From: Buchnera aphidicola (Therioaphis trifolii)
GTDB taxonomy: Bacteria; Pseudomonadota; Gammaproteobacteria; Enterobacterales; Enterobacteriaceae
Direction: 5' to 3'
Assembly: GCF_005080705.1 (NCBI RefSeq)
Contig: NZ_CP032996.1
Span: forward strand, 1 to 32,000
DNA length: 32,000 nt
Part shown: positions 1-14,855 of the stretch, one piece after another
How positions within the stretch are numbered: position 1 is the stretch's first letter
Layout: each line of letters opens with the position of its first letter
Notes under the pieces: generated by a model
The model's input: the letters and a program-made list of their open reading frames with translations, nothing else
Told to the model about the DNA's origin: nothing
Database searches by the model: none
Program-made: the position numbers and the translations under genes

Positions 1-201
1 TTTGTTTTACCAATTAAAGTTATATTAAATACCATATTTAATTAATCTCAAAAAATAATATAAAAATATTATTAATAATATAATAATATAATTAATTAAA
101 AATTATTACATTAAAATTTCATGATATATAATAGTAACATACAAGTATTAAAGTTGCATGATATATAAGTTTTATTTTTTTTAAATATAAAAAGGTATAA
201 A

Positions 202-2088
202 ATGAAATTTTATAATAAATATTTTGATGTAATTGTAATTGGTGGTGGACATGCAGGTATTGAAGCAGTATTAGCATCTTCTCGAATGGGATGTAAAACT
301 TTATTATTAACTCAAAAAATTAATACTTTAGGTAATTTATCATGTAATCCAGCTATAGGAGGTATAGGTAAAAGTCATTTAGTTAAAGAAATAGATGCTT
401 TAGGTGGTATTATGGCCATTGCTGCTGATATATCTGGAATTCAATTTCGAACTTTAAATACTACAAAAGGATGTGCAGTACAAGCTACAAGAGTTCAAGT
501 TGATAGACAAATATATAAAAATTTTATTCAAAAAATATTATTTAATCAAAAAAAATTAACAATATTAGAAGAAGAAGTAAATGAATTAATAATAAAAAAT
601 AATGAAATTTTAGGTGTTAAAACTTTAAAAAATAATATTTTTTATTCTAAATCAACTATATTAACAGTTGGTACTTTTTTAAGAGGAAAAATATATATTG
701 GTTTAAAGAGTTATAATGGAGGTCGAATTCATGATTCTTCTTCTATTAATTTAGCTAATCAATTAAAAAAATTACCTTTAAAAATTCGAAGATTAAAAAC
801 TGGAACACCTCCAAGACTTGATATTAGAACAATAAATTTTAAAAATTTAATAGTTCAAAAAGGAGATTTTATTAAACCTATTTTTTCATTTATAGGTAAT
901 AAAATTAAAAATTTAAAACAAATGCCATGTTATATTACAAGAACAAATAAAAGAACTCATGATATAATAAAAAAAAATTTACATAAAAGTCCAATATTTT
1001 CAGGTATGATTTTAGGAAAAGGTCCACGATATTGTCCATCTATTGAAGATAAAATTTTTAGATTTAAAAATAAAAATAGTCATCAAATTTTTATTGAACC
1101 AGAAGGTTTAAATTGTATTGAAATGTATCCTAATGGTATTTCAACTAGTTTACCTATTGAAATTCAAAAAAAATTTATTCATTCTATTAAAGGATTTGAA
1201 AATGCAAAAATAATACAACCAGGATATGCAGTAGAATATGATTTTATTGATCCTACTAATTTACAACCTACTTTAGAAAGTAAATTTATTAATAATTTAT
1301 TTTTTGCAGGACAAATAAATGGAACTACTGGTTATGAAGAAGCTGCTGCTCAAGGTTTAATAGCTGGTTTAAATGCAGGATTAAATGTTTTTAATAAAAC
1401 TTTATGGTATCCTAAACGTAATGAATCATATATAGGTGTTTTAATTGATGATTTATGTACTAAAGGTACAAAAGAACCATATCGTATGTTTACTTCAAGA
1501 TCAGAATATAGATTAATATTAAGAGAAAATAATGCAGATTTAAGATTAACTAAAATTGCAAAAAAATTTAAATTAATTAATCAATATCGATGGAATATAT
1601 ATAATAAAAAAATCCAAGATATTAAATATGAAAAAAATAAAATAAAAAATATTAAAATTTTATTTAATTCAAAATATTCTTTAGAATTAAAAAAAAAATT
1701 TAATATTCATTTAAAAAATCATATTAGTGGATATAATTTACTTAAAAGACCTGAAATTAATATTAATAATATTACTAATTTAAAAATATTTTTTTGTAAA
1801 AATACTAATATAGAAGTATTAAAAGAAATTATTACAGAAATTAAATATGAAGGATATATTAAAAAACAAAATATAGAAATTAATAAATATTTAAAAAATG
1901 AAAATACTTTATTACCAATAAATTTTAATTATTATAATATTAAAGGTTTATCTAATGAAGTAATTATAAAATTAAATTATTATCAACCAATTTCTATTGG
2001 ACAAGCTTCTAGAATTTCTGGAATTACACCAGTAGCAATATCAATTTTATTAATTTATTTTAATAAAAATATTTTAAATAAAAAATAA
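202..2088 (+). CDS. mnmG: tRNA uridine 5-carboxymethylaminomethyl modification enzyme MnmG (GidA)
   Basis: 628-aa ORF. N-terminal FAD-binding motif DVIVIGGGHAGIEA. Conserved GidA blocks GPRYCPSIEDK and NGTTGYEEAAAQG. AAGG Shine-Dalgarno-like sequence at 192-195. Sits directly upstream of the atp operon, as in Enterobacterales. Confidence 0.97.
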   Translation: MKFYNKYFDVIVIGGGHAGIEAVLASSRMGCKTLLLTQKINTLGNLSCNPAIGGIGKSHLVKEIDALGGIMAIAADISGIQFRTLNTTKGCAVQATRVQVDRQIYKNFIQKILFNQKKLTILEEEVNELIIKNNEILGVKTLKNNIFYSKSTILTVGTFLRGKIYIGLKSYNGGRIHDSSSINLANQLKKLPLKIRRLKTGTPPRLDIRTINFKNLIVQKGDFIKPIFSFIGNKIKNLKQMPCYITRTNKRTHDIIKKNLHKSPIFSGMILGKGPRYCPSIEDKIFRFKNKNSHQIFIEPEGLNCIEMYPNGISTSLPIEIQKKFIHSIKGFENAKIIQPGYAVEYDFIDPTNLQPTLESKFINNLFFAGQINGTTGYEEAAAQGLIAGLNAGLNVFNKTLWYPKRNESYIGVLIDDLCTKGTKEPYRMFTSRSEYRLILRENNADLRLTKIAKKFKLINQYRWNIYNKKIQDIKYEKNKIKNIKILFNSKYSLELKKKFNIHLKNHISGYNLLKRPEININNITNLKIFFCKNTNIEVLKEIITEIKYEGYIKKQNIEINKYLKNENTLLPINFNYYNIKGLSNEVIIKLNYYQPISIGQASRISGITPVAISILLIYFNKNILNKK

Positions 2089-2174
2089 TAAAATTATTTA
2101 TAAAAATAATATATTTATTTAAAATATATTAACATTTAATTATTTATAGAAATTATTATAAATTAAATTATTAA

Positions 2175-3284
<1,110 letters not shown>

Positions 3285-3343
3285 TTAAATTTTATTTTTT
3301 TAATTTTCAAATATTATTATTTAATATAGGAATAAAATAATTT

Positions 3344-3814
3344 ATGAATTTAAATGCAACGATATTAGGTCAAATGATTTCTTTTATTTTATTTATATGG
3401 TTTTGTATGAAATATATTTGGCCAAAAATAATATTAATAATTGAAGATCGTCAAAAAATGATAGTACAAGAATTCTCTAATATTGAAAAACAAAAAGAAA
3501 ATTTAAAAATTATGTATAATGAATCAAAAAAAATAATTAATCAATCTAAAAAAGAAGCTATAAATATTATTAAACAAGCTAATCAAGAAAAAGTAATTAT
3601 TTTAGAAAAAGCAATATTAAGTGCAATGAAAAAAAAAAAACAAGTTCTTTTACAAGCACAATCTGAAATTAAAATACAAGAAATTCAATTAAAAAAAAAA
3701 TTAACTAATGAAATTAGTACATTAGTATCTATCATGACAAAAAAAATTCTTGTTCAATTTATAAATCAAAAAAATCAAAAATATGATATAGAAAATATGA
3801 TAAAAAATTTATAA
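3344..3814 (+). CDS. atpF: F0F1 ATP synthase subunit b
   Basis: 156-aa ORF. N-terminus MNLNATILGQMISFILFIWFCMKYIWP matches E. coli AtpF, followed by a long charged helix. Operon position fits. Contains an in-frame A12 tract (3629-3640). Confidence 0.94.
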   Translation: MNLNATILGQMISFILFIWFCMKYIWPKIILIIEDRQKMIVQEFSNIEKQKENLKIMYNESKKIINQSKKEAINIIKQANQEKVIILEKAILSAMKKKKQVLLQAQSEIKIQEIQLKKKLTNEISTLVSIMTKKILVQFINQKNQKYDIENMIKNL

Positions 3815-3831
3815 TTTTAGGAGTAATTTTT

Positions 3832-4365
3832 ATGCAAAATACTTTACATATTTCACGTATTTATGCTATAGCAATATTTGATTTTTGCATACAAAATAAA
3901 TCTTTAGAAAATTGGAAAAAAAAGTTATTACAATTATCTAAAGTTATTCAAAATAAAAAAATAAATAAATTTTTTAATATTATTTACTCTAAAAATATTA
4001 TATTAAATATTTTTTTTATAATTTATAATAATAAAATTGATAATTATTTTAAAAATTTTATTAAATTATTAATTATAAATCAAAGATTACATTTAATACA
4101 TCATATTTTAAAACAATTTTTAAAACTTTATAATAATTATCATAATATTATGGATGTTAAATTAATTTCTACATATCAATTAACAGATGATCAAAAAAAA
4201 AATATTTGTGTAATTTTAGAAAAAAAATTTCATAAAAAAATTAATTTAATTATAAAAATAAATACTTCAATTTTATATGGTTATATTTTAAATTATCATA
4301 ATATAATTATTGATAATTGTATTTTAAATCGATTTCAAGAATTATCTAATTTTTTAATATTATAA
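3832..4365 (+). CDS. atpH: F0F1 ATP synthase subunit delta
   Basis: 177-aa ORF, the same length as E. coli AtpH. Strongly diverged and N/K/I-rich, but it keeps SRIYAIAIFDF (compare ARPYAKAAFDF) and NQRL..ILKQF (compare NGRL..VLEQF). Lies between atpF and atpA. Confidence 0.88.
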   Translation: MQNTLHISRIYAIAIFDFCIQNKSLENWKKKLLQLSKVIQNKKINKFFNIIYSKNIILNIFFIIYNNKIDNYFKNFIKLLIINQRLHLIHHILKQFLKLYNNYHNIMDVKLISTYQLTDDQKKNICVILEKKFHKKINLIIKINTSILYGYILNYHNIIIDNCILNRFQELSNFLIL

Positions 4366-4382
4366 AAGAGAATATATAATAT

Positions 4383-5924
4383 ATGCAATTAAATTCTAAT
4401 GAAATAAGTGATTTAATTAAACAACGTATTGAAAAATTTGATATTTTAAAAAAAATTTATAATGAAGGGATAATTATTTCTGTAATTGATGGTATTATCA
4501 AAATTTATGGTATTACTGAAGTTATGTTTGGAGAAATGATTATTTTACCTAATAATTTATATGCTTTAGCTTTAAATTTAGAACAAGATATTACTAGTGC
4601 GGTAGTTTTAGGGTGTTATTTAAATATTACTGAAGGTATGCGAGTATATTCTACAGGAAAAATGCTTGAAGTTCCTGTTGGTCCTAATTTATTAGGTCGT
4701 GTGATTAATGCTTTAGGTAAACCTATTGATGGAAAAGGAGATATTATTAGTGAAACTTTTTTTCCAATTGAACAAGAAGCCCCTGGAGTTATTGAACGTA
4801 TGTCTGTATCTGAACCACTTTATACTGGTTATAAATCTATAGATTCGATGGTACCAATTGGAAAAGGACAAAGAGAATTAATTATTGGAGATCGTCAAAC
4901 TGGAAAAACAACATTAGCAATAGATACAATTATTAATCAACGACAATCTAATGTATTTTGTATTTATGTTGCTATTGGTCAAAAACAATCTACTATATTT
5001 AATGTTGTAAAAAAATTAGAAGAACATAATGCTTTATCATATACAATTGTTGTTAATGCTTCAGCATCTGAAGCACCTGTTATGCAATATTTAGCACCAT
5101 ATTCTGGTTGTGCTATTGGAGAGTATTTTAGAGATCATGGTAAAAATGCTTTAATTGTATATGATGATTTATCTAAACATGCTATTTCTTATCGTCAAAT
5201 TTCTTTATTATTAAGACGACCTCCTGGTCGTGAAGCTTTTCCTGGGGATATTTTTTATTTACATTCACGATTATTAGAGCGTGCATCAAGAATTAATTCA
5301 CAGAGTGTAAAGAAAAGAAGTCAGGGTATGATTGATAATAAAACAGGATCATTAACAGCATTACCTATTATAGAAACACAATCTGGTGATGTATCTTCTT
5401 TTATACCTACTAATGTTATTTCAATTACTGATGGACAAATTTTTTTAGAATCTAATTTATTTAATATAGGAATTCGTCCTGCGATTAATCCTGGTATATC
5501 AGTGTCAAGAGTAGGCAGTGCTGCTCAAATAGAAATTATTAAAAAATTATCTTCTAAAATTCGAGTAGCATTAGCTCAATATCGAGAATTAGTTGCATTT
5601 GCTCAATTTTCTACTGATTTAGATGAAACAACTAAAAAACAATTAAATTATGGTTCTAAAATTGTTGAATTATTAAAACAAAATCAACATTCTCCAATGT
5701 CTGTTGCTGAGCAATCTATAATATTTTTTGCAGCAGAATATGGTTTTATTGATGATATTCATATTAATGATATTTTATCTTTTGAAAAAAATATATTAAA
5801 TTATTTTCATATGAATCATTTAGAATTAATTCAAAAAATTAATTGTACTAATCACTATACTAAAGAAATATATAAAGCATTAAAAATTAATATTACAAAT
5901 TTTAAAAAGCAAAATAATTTATAA
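4383..5924 (+). CDS. atpA: F0F1 ATP synthase subunit alpha
   Basis: 513-aa ORF. Walker [36 protein letters not shown], and ITDGQIFLE. Confidence 0.98.
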   Translation: MQLNSNEISDLIKQRIEKFDILKKIYNEGIIISVIDGIIKIYGITEVMFGEMIILPNNLYALALNLEQDITSAVVLGCYLNITEGMRVYSTGKMLEVPVGPNLLGRVINALGKPIDGKGDIISETFFPIEQEAPGVIERMSVSEPLYTGYKSIDSMVPIGKGQRELIIGDRQTGKTTLAIDTIINQRQSNVFCIYVAIGQKQSTIFNVVKKLEEHNALSYTIVVNASASEAPVMQYLAPYSGCAIGEYFRDHGKNALIVYDDLSKHAISYRQISLLLRRPPGREAFPGDIFYLHSRLLERASRINSQSVKKRSQGMIDNKTGSLTALPIIETQSGDVSSFIPTNVISITDGQIFLESNLFNIGIRPAINPGISVSRVGSAAQIEIIKKLSSKIRVALAQYRELVAFAQFSTDLDETTKKQLNYGSKIVELLKQNQHSPMSVAEQSIIFFAAEYGFIDDIHINDILSFEKNILNYFHMNHLELIQKINCTNHYTKEIYKALKINITNFKKQNNL

Positions 5925-5968
5925 GAAAATAATTAATAATTATTAATTATTTAAATACAGGATTAATA

Positions 5969-6847
5969 ATGGCTAATACTAAAATAATACGTAATAAAAT
6001 TTTAAGTATTAAAAACACTCAGAAAATTACAAAAACTATGGAAATGGTTGCAATTTCAAAAATGAAGAAAATTAAAATTAAATCATTAATTAGTCTTCCA
6101 TATTTAAATAGTTTAAAAAAAATTATTTCACATTTTTTTGATGGTCAATTACAATATCAACATATTTTTTTAAAAAAAAAACCTATTTTAAAAAAAGTAG
6201 GAATTATTATTTTATCCTCTAATAGAGGATTATGTGGTAATTTGAATAATTATATTTTTAATAAAGTAGTATCAATAATTAAAAAATATCATAATAAAAA
6301 TATAGTATGTGATTTATATATTTTTGGAATGAAAGGATTTTTATTTTTTAATGAAAATTATCATACAAATATTAAAAAATTTATTAATTATAATGATAAT
6401 ATTACATATATAAAATTAATATCATTAGTTGAAAAAATCATTACATGTTATAAAAGACATGATATTGATAAATTATTTATTGTAGGAAATAAATTTAATA
6501 ATAAAAATGAAAGTACATCTTATATTTTTCAAATATTACCATTAAAATCAGAATTTTTTAAAGATTCAGAATATACTACATATCATTATTGGGATTATTT
6601 ATATGAACCAGATTCAAAAATCACATTAAATTTTGTATTATATAGATACATTTTATTTCAAATTTTTCAATGTATTTTAGAAAATATGATATGTGAACAA
6701 TCATCACGAATGTTAATTATGAAAACTGCAACAGACAATAGTGAAAATATTATTCAAGAATTGCAATTATTATATAATAAAATACGTCAATATAGTATTA
6801 CTCAAGAAATTATGGAAATTGTTTCAGGTGCATCTATTATTAATTAA
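5969..6847 (+). CDS. atpG: F0F1 ATP synthase subunit gamma
   Basis: 292-aa ORF. N-terminal IRNKILSIKNTQKITKTMEMVAISKM and C-terminal ITQEIMEIVSGA are gamma-subunit hallmarks. Operon position fits. Confidence 0.93.
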   Translation: MANTKIIRNKILSIKNTQKITKTMEMVAISKMKKIKIKSLISLPYLNSLKKIISHFFDGQLQYQHIFLKKKPILKKVGIIILSSNRGLCGNLNNYIFNKVVSIIKKYHNKNIVCDLYIFGMKGFLFFNENYHTNIKKFINYNDNITYIKLISLVEKIITCYKRHDIDKLFIVGNKFNNKNESTSYIFQILPLKSEFFKDSEYTTYHYWDYLYEPDSKITLNFVLYRYILFQIFQCILENMICEQSSRMLIMKTATDNSENIIQELQLLYNKIRQYSITQEIMEIVSGASIIN

Positions 6848-6858
6848 TATTTTTTTAA

Positions 6859-8286
<1,428 letters not shown>

Positions 8287-8308
8287 TTAATACATTAGGT
8301 ATATTTTT

Positions 8309-8704
8309 ATGAATTTTTATTTAAATATTACTAATATTAATAAGTGTTTATTTTCTGGACGTGTTAAAAAAATTTATATTTCTGGATCTGAAGGAATGTT
8401 AAATATATATCCTGGACATTGTCCTTTATTAACTATGATTAAACCAGGTTTATTATCTATTTTTATTACTTCAAATAATAAAAAAGATTTATATGTTTCT
8501 GATGGAGTTCTAGAAATTCAACCTAATAATGTTAATATATTATCTGATGAATCAGATTTTTTATATAATTTAAATTATAATGATTTAATTAATCAAAAAA
8601 AAGATATTTATGAAAAAATATTACATAATAAAAGTAATAATTTAAAAAATCAATTATTTTATATTTTAATAAAATTAAAATTATTAAAACATATAAAAAA
8701 ATAA
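8309..8704 (+). CDS. atpC: F0F1 ATP synthase subunit epsilon
   Basis: 131-aa ORF immediately after atpD. The N-terminal beta-sandwich region (GMLNIYPGHCPLLTMIKPG) resembles E. coli AtpC (GELGIYPGHAPLLTAIKPG). The C-terminal helices are diverged. Confidence 0.9.
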   Translation: MNFYLNITNINKCLFSGRVKKIYISGSEGMLNIYPGHCPLLTMIKPGLLSIFITSNNKKDLYVSDGVLEIQPNNVNILSDESDFLYNLNYNDLINQKKDIYEKILHNKSNNLKNQLFYILIKLKLLKHIKK

Positions 8705-8805
8705 TTTATTTAAATATGATATTTTTATAAAAATATTTTTGAAATGTAAATTATTTAAAACTTAATTTTAAATAATATTTTTATAAAAATTCATTTAATA
8801 TAATT

Positions 8806-11211
<2,406 letters not shown>

Positions 11212-11278
11212 TCATAATATTCCTATTTTATATATCATAATAAAAAATAATATTTTAAAATAAAAAATTAATTATTTT

Positions 11279-12379
11279 TTATAAAATTAAAGGCATAATT
11301 ATATGATTTGAATTATTAAATTTATTATCTTGGATACATATACTAGAATTTTCATTATTTAATAAAATTTTAATTGTATCATTATCAATAATATTAATTA
11401 CATCTAAAATATAATGAATATTCATTGTTAATTCTATTGGTGTATGAAAATAATTAATTTTAAATTTTTCTTTAACTATTTCATCTTGTTCATTATTAGC
11501 ACTTATAGTACATATTCCATTAGTAATAATAATTCTTACACCTGGAATTTTTTGATTTGTTAAAATTGACGCTCTTGTTAAAGCCTCTTTAATTTTTTGT
11601 CGATTAATAATAATATTTTTTTGAAAAATTATTTTTAAAAACTGTTTATAATTTGGAAATTGATTATCTATTAATTTACTAGATATAATATATTTTTCTA
11701 AATAAATTTTAATACTATTTTTATTAAAACTAATTTTAATTTTATTATTTTTTTCTTCTAGAATTTTTATTAATTCTAATATTGTTTTATATGGAATAAT
11801 AATAGAAATTTTTTTTTTTATATTTTCATAATTAATTTTTGAAATTGCCATTCTGTAACCATCGGTAGACACAGATAATATTGTTCCTTTATTAATTTCA
11901 ATATTCATTCCATTTAAATAATGTCGTATATCTTGTTTTGCCATTGCATAATGAGTATTATAAATAATATTTTTAAATTTATCTTGATTAATTAAAATAT
12001 AATCTATATTTTTTTTTTGTTGAAATCGTGGAAAATGTTTAGGATTTAATACATGAAGTTTAAAATAAATATTATGATATTGTAATTTCATAATATTATT
12101 TTTTACTATAATATTTATTTCTGAATTATTTGGAAAACTACGAATAATATTTAATATTTTTTTTGCAGATACAATAATTTCACCTATTTGATCAATAATT
12201 ATGCAATTTATTTTTGCAATTAATTCTAATTCTAAATTTGTACTTATTAAATATGTATTATTATGTTCAATATGAAATAAAATATTATTAATAATTTCAT
12301 TTTTATAATTAATATAAATAATACTATTTAATTTTTGTAATGATTTTAAAAGAATTGTTTTTTTAATAGTAAATTTCAT
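11279..12379 (-). CDS. dnaN: DNA polymerase III beta sliding clamp
   Basis: 366-aa ORF, the same length as E. coli DnaN as I recall it. MKFTI...LLKSLQ N-terminus, TDGYRMA, and the MPL(I)L C-terminal signature. Directly upstream of gyrB on the same strand. Confidence 0.93.
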   Translation of the reverse strand: MKFTIKKTILLKSLQKLNSIIYINYKNEIINNILFHIEHNNTYLISTNLELELIAKINCIIIDQIGEIIVSAKKILNIIRSFPNNSEINIIVKNNIMKLQYHNIYFKLHVLNPKHFPRFQQKKNIDYILINQDKFKNIIYNTHYAMAKQDIRHYLNGMNIEINKGTILSVSTDGYRMAISKINYENIKKKISIIIPYKTILELIKILEEKNNKIKISFNKNSIKIYLEKYIISSKLIDNQFPNYKQFLKIIFQKNIIINRQKIKEALTRASILTNQKIPGVRIIITNGICTISANNEQDEIVKEKFKINYFHTPIELTMNIHYILDVINIIDNDTIKILLNNENSSICIQDNKFNNSNHIIMPLIL

Positions 12380-12582
12380 ATTTTATTATTAGTTATTTAT
12401 TTTTATTACATAATTAAATAATTTTTTTATATATTAAAATTATTATAATTATTTTATATATTTGATATTATTATTTTAATAAATAAAAATATTATATTAA
12501 TTTCATATAAAAATAATTTAATATATTTTTTATATTTTAAAATCATCAATAATTATTTGTATTAATATTATAAGGATATTTT

Positions 12583-12726
12583 ATGAAACGTACTTTTCAA
12601 CCATCTTTATTAAAAAGAAATCGTGTACATGGTTTTCGAACAAGAATGGCTACTCGATCTGGTCGTGATATTTTATCACGAAGAAGAAAAAAAATTCGTT
12701 TTCGATTAACAGTTTCTAAAAAATAA
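12583..12726 (+). CDS. rpmH: 50S ribosomal protein L34
   Basis: Not in the supplied ORF track. I translated it by hand: ATG at 12583, [47 protein letters not shown], stop TAA at 12724-12726. This is the canonical L34 sequence. AAGGA lies at 12572-12576. The stop is 1 nt before the rnpA ATG. Confidence 0.95.
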   Translation: MKRTFQPSLLKRNRVHGFRTRMATRSGRDILSRRRKKIRFRLTVSKK

Positions 12727-12727
12727 T

Positions 12728-13084
12728 ATGATAATGAAATATCGTTTTTTTTTTAAAAAAAAATTACGTTTATTAACTTTTAAAGACTTTCAAAGAGTTT
12801 TTATTAATAAACCAAAAACAAGGATAACTTTTTTATTAAAAATATTAACTATTAAAAATACATTTAATTTTCCTAGGTTAGGTATTATTGTTTCAAAAAA
12901 AGTTTCTAAACATGCTTATAAAAGAAATTTAATAAAAAGATTAATTCGAGAAAGTTTTCGTTTATCACAATATTATTTATTGAATTATGATTTTGTAATT
13001 ATTGCTACATTAAATATTTTAAAAATTAATCGATTAAAATTAATATTTTTTTTAAAAAAAATGTGGATAAAATATTATTTTTAA
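12728..13084 (+). CDS. rnpA: RNase P protein component
   Basis: 118-aa basic ORF immediately after rpmH, the universal rpmH-rnpA pairing. RNR-like motif region KKVSKHAYKRNLIKRLIRESFR. The start could alternatively be the ATG at 12734. Confidence 0.9.
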   Translation: MIMKYRFFFKKKLRLLTFKDFQRVFINKPKTRITFLLKILTIKNTFNFPRLGIIVSKKVSKHAYKRNLIKRLIRESFRLSQYYLLNYDFVIIATLNILKINRLKLIFFLKKMWIKYYF

Positions 13085-13223
13085 TATTATTAAATAAATT
13101 TATTTTATTATAAAAATATTTAATTTATATATTATATTTTAATTTAATATAATAATTTTAAAAAATTTTTTATACATAATAAATTATATATATATCATTT
13201 TATAATATAAGAGAATATTTAAA

Positions 13224-14810
13224 ATGCGTTTACAGCGTTTTGTTTTTATTTTTATTTTATTATTATTTTCATTTTTTATTTGGAAATTTTTAATTTTTAA
13301 ATTATGTAAAACAAATGTTTTAAAAACAAAAATTTATTATGATACTACATATAATAAATTACATGTTAATAAAATAAATAATATTCATGTAAAAACTGAT
13401 GTTATAGATTTAAAAATTAATTTAAATGGTGGATTTATATATCAAGGAAAATTGTTAAATTATCAAGATAAATTACAAGATTTTAAAAAATTAAAATTAT
13501 TAAATTCTATGCATAATTTAAAACAAATTGATAGTGGTATTATTGAAACAAATAAATATAATATTAATTATAAAAAAAAAATAATATATAATTCAAATCG
13601 TTCATATTTTTCATTATTAAATGGACAAAAAATATTATTTGTTTCAATAAAATCAAAAATCCAAAATGGAATATATTTTATTAAAACATTTATATTTAAA
13701 AAAGGATGTTATGATATTGAAATTGAATATAAAATATATAATCATAATTTAAATACATTATCATATCATATATTTGGAGAATTACAACAAAATTATTTAA
13801 ATAATAATTCTAATAATTTAAATGTTAAAAATAATCAATTTGATAATATTGCATATTCTCAAGATAATCAAAAATATAAAAAATTTTTTTTTCATGAATG
13901 TATAAATAAAAAATTACATATTATATCAAAAAAAGGGTGGATTTCTTTTTTTAAAAAATATTTTTCTATTGCCTGGATTTTAGATGCATCAGATAATAAT
14001 ACTATTTATCTTACTCAAAATAATCAAAATATAATTTTAGGATATAAATCATCAAATTTTTTTGTTTTTCCTGAAACAAAAAAAATTAAAAGAATTGCAT
14101 TTTGGTTTGGTCCAAAAATTCAAAATAAAATGTCATCTTTTGCTCCATATTTTGATGAAATTATAGATTATGGGTGGTTTTGGTTTATTTCAAAACCATT
14201 ATTTCATTTTTTAAATTTATTATATTATTTTTTTAATAATTGGGGTTGTGCAATTATTATAATTACATGCATTATTCGTATGATGACCTATCCTTTAATT
14301 AAATCACAGTATATTTCTACTATTAAAATGAAAATATTACAACCAGAAATTAATAAAATTAAAGATCAATTTAAAAATAATAATAAAAAATTAAATGAAA
14401 AAATAGTACAATTATATAAAAAACATAATCTTAATCCATTTAATGGTTTAATTTCTGTTATTTTACAAATGCCTATTTTTTTTGCATTATATTATGTTTT
14501 AATTAATTCAATAGAACTAAGGCATTCTCCTTTTATATTTTGGATTAATGATTTATCAGCTCAAGATCCATTTTATGTTTTACCTATTTTAATGGGTATA
14601 ACAGTTTTTTTTATGCAAAAAACATCTCCTGCAAATAATTTTCCTCTTTCACTTAAAGAAAAAATAATTAATTTTATACCTATGTTATTTATTGTTTGTT
14701 TTTTATGGTTTCCATCTGGTTTAGTATTATATTATACATTTAGTAATTTAGTAACTATATTACAACAAATAATTATTAATTATAATTTAAAAAATAATTT
14801 TAAAAAATAA
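13224..14810 (+). CDS. yidC: Membrane protein insertase YidC
   Basis: 528-aa ORF. N-terminal transmembrane segment, large diverged periplasmic domain, and a conserved C-terminal core (GWFWFISKPLF, NWGCAIIIITCIIRMMTYPL, LYKKHNLNP, PIFFALYYVL, LPILMG). Follows rnpA as in Enterobacterales. Confidence 0.95.
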   Translation: MRLQRFVFIFILLLFSFFIWKFLIFKLCKTNVLKTKIYYDTTYNKLHVNKINNIHVKTDVIDLKINLNGGFIYQGKLLNYQDKLQDFKKLKLLNSMHNLKQIDSGIIETNKYNINYKKKIIYNSNRSYFSLLNGQKILFVSIKSKIQNGIYFIKTFIFKKGCYDIEIEYKIYNHNLNTLSYHIFGELQQNYLNNNSNNLNVKNNQFDNIAYSQDNQKYKKFFFHECINKKLHIISKKGWISFFKKYFSIAWILDASDNNTIYLTQNNQNIILGYKSSNFFVFPETKKIKRIAFWFGPKIQNKMSSFAPYFDEIIDYGWFWFISKPLFHFLNLLYYFFNNWGCAIIIITCIIRMMTYPLIKSQYISTIKMKILQPEINKIKDQFKNNNKKLNEKIVQLYKKHNLNPFNGLISVILQMPIFFALYYVLINSIELRHSPFIFWINDLSAQDPFYVLPILMGITVFFMQKTSPANNFPLSLKEKIINFIPMLFIVCFLWFPSGLVLYYTFSNLVTILQQIIINYNLKNNFKK

Positions 14811-14855
14811 ATTATAAATTATATTTATATAATATTAAAAAAAAAAAATAAAAAT

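Noticed and set aside
1-35. Possible leftward (minus-strand) CDS start: ATG at complement 35-33 reading MVFNITLIGKT..., vaguely like the MioC/flavodoxin N-terminus (MADITLISGST).
   Set aside because: Only 11 codons are visible before the window edge and the Shine-Dalgarno (GAGA) is weak. The orientation is opposite to E. coli mioC relative to mnmG. This is insufficient to call and needs the upstream sequence.
13062-13070. Perfect DnaA-box consensus TGTGGATAA (complement of TTATCCACA) near the rnpA 3' end.
   Set aside because: It is a single copy inside coding sequence (codons Met-Trp-Ile). My rough composition-based estimate is about 0.3 expected occurrences in 64 kb of both strands, so it is compatible with chance. 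No clustering, and no dnaA gene in the window.
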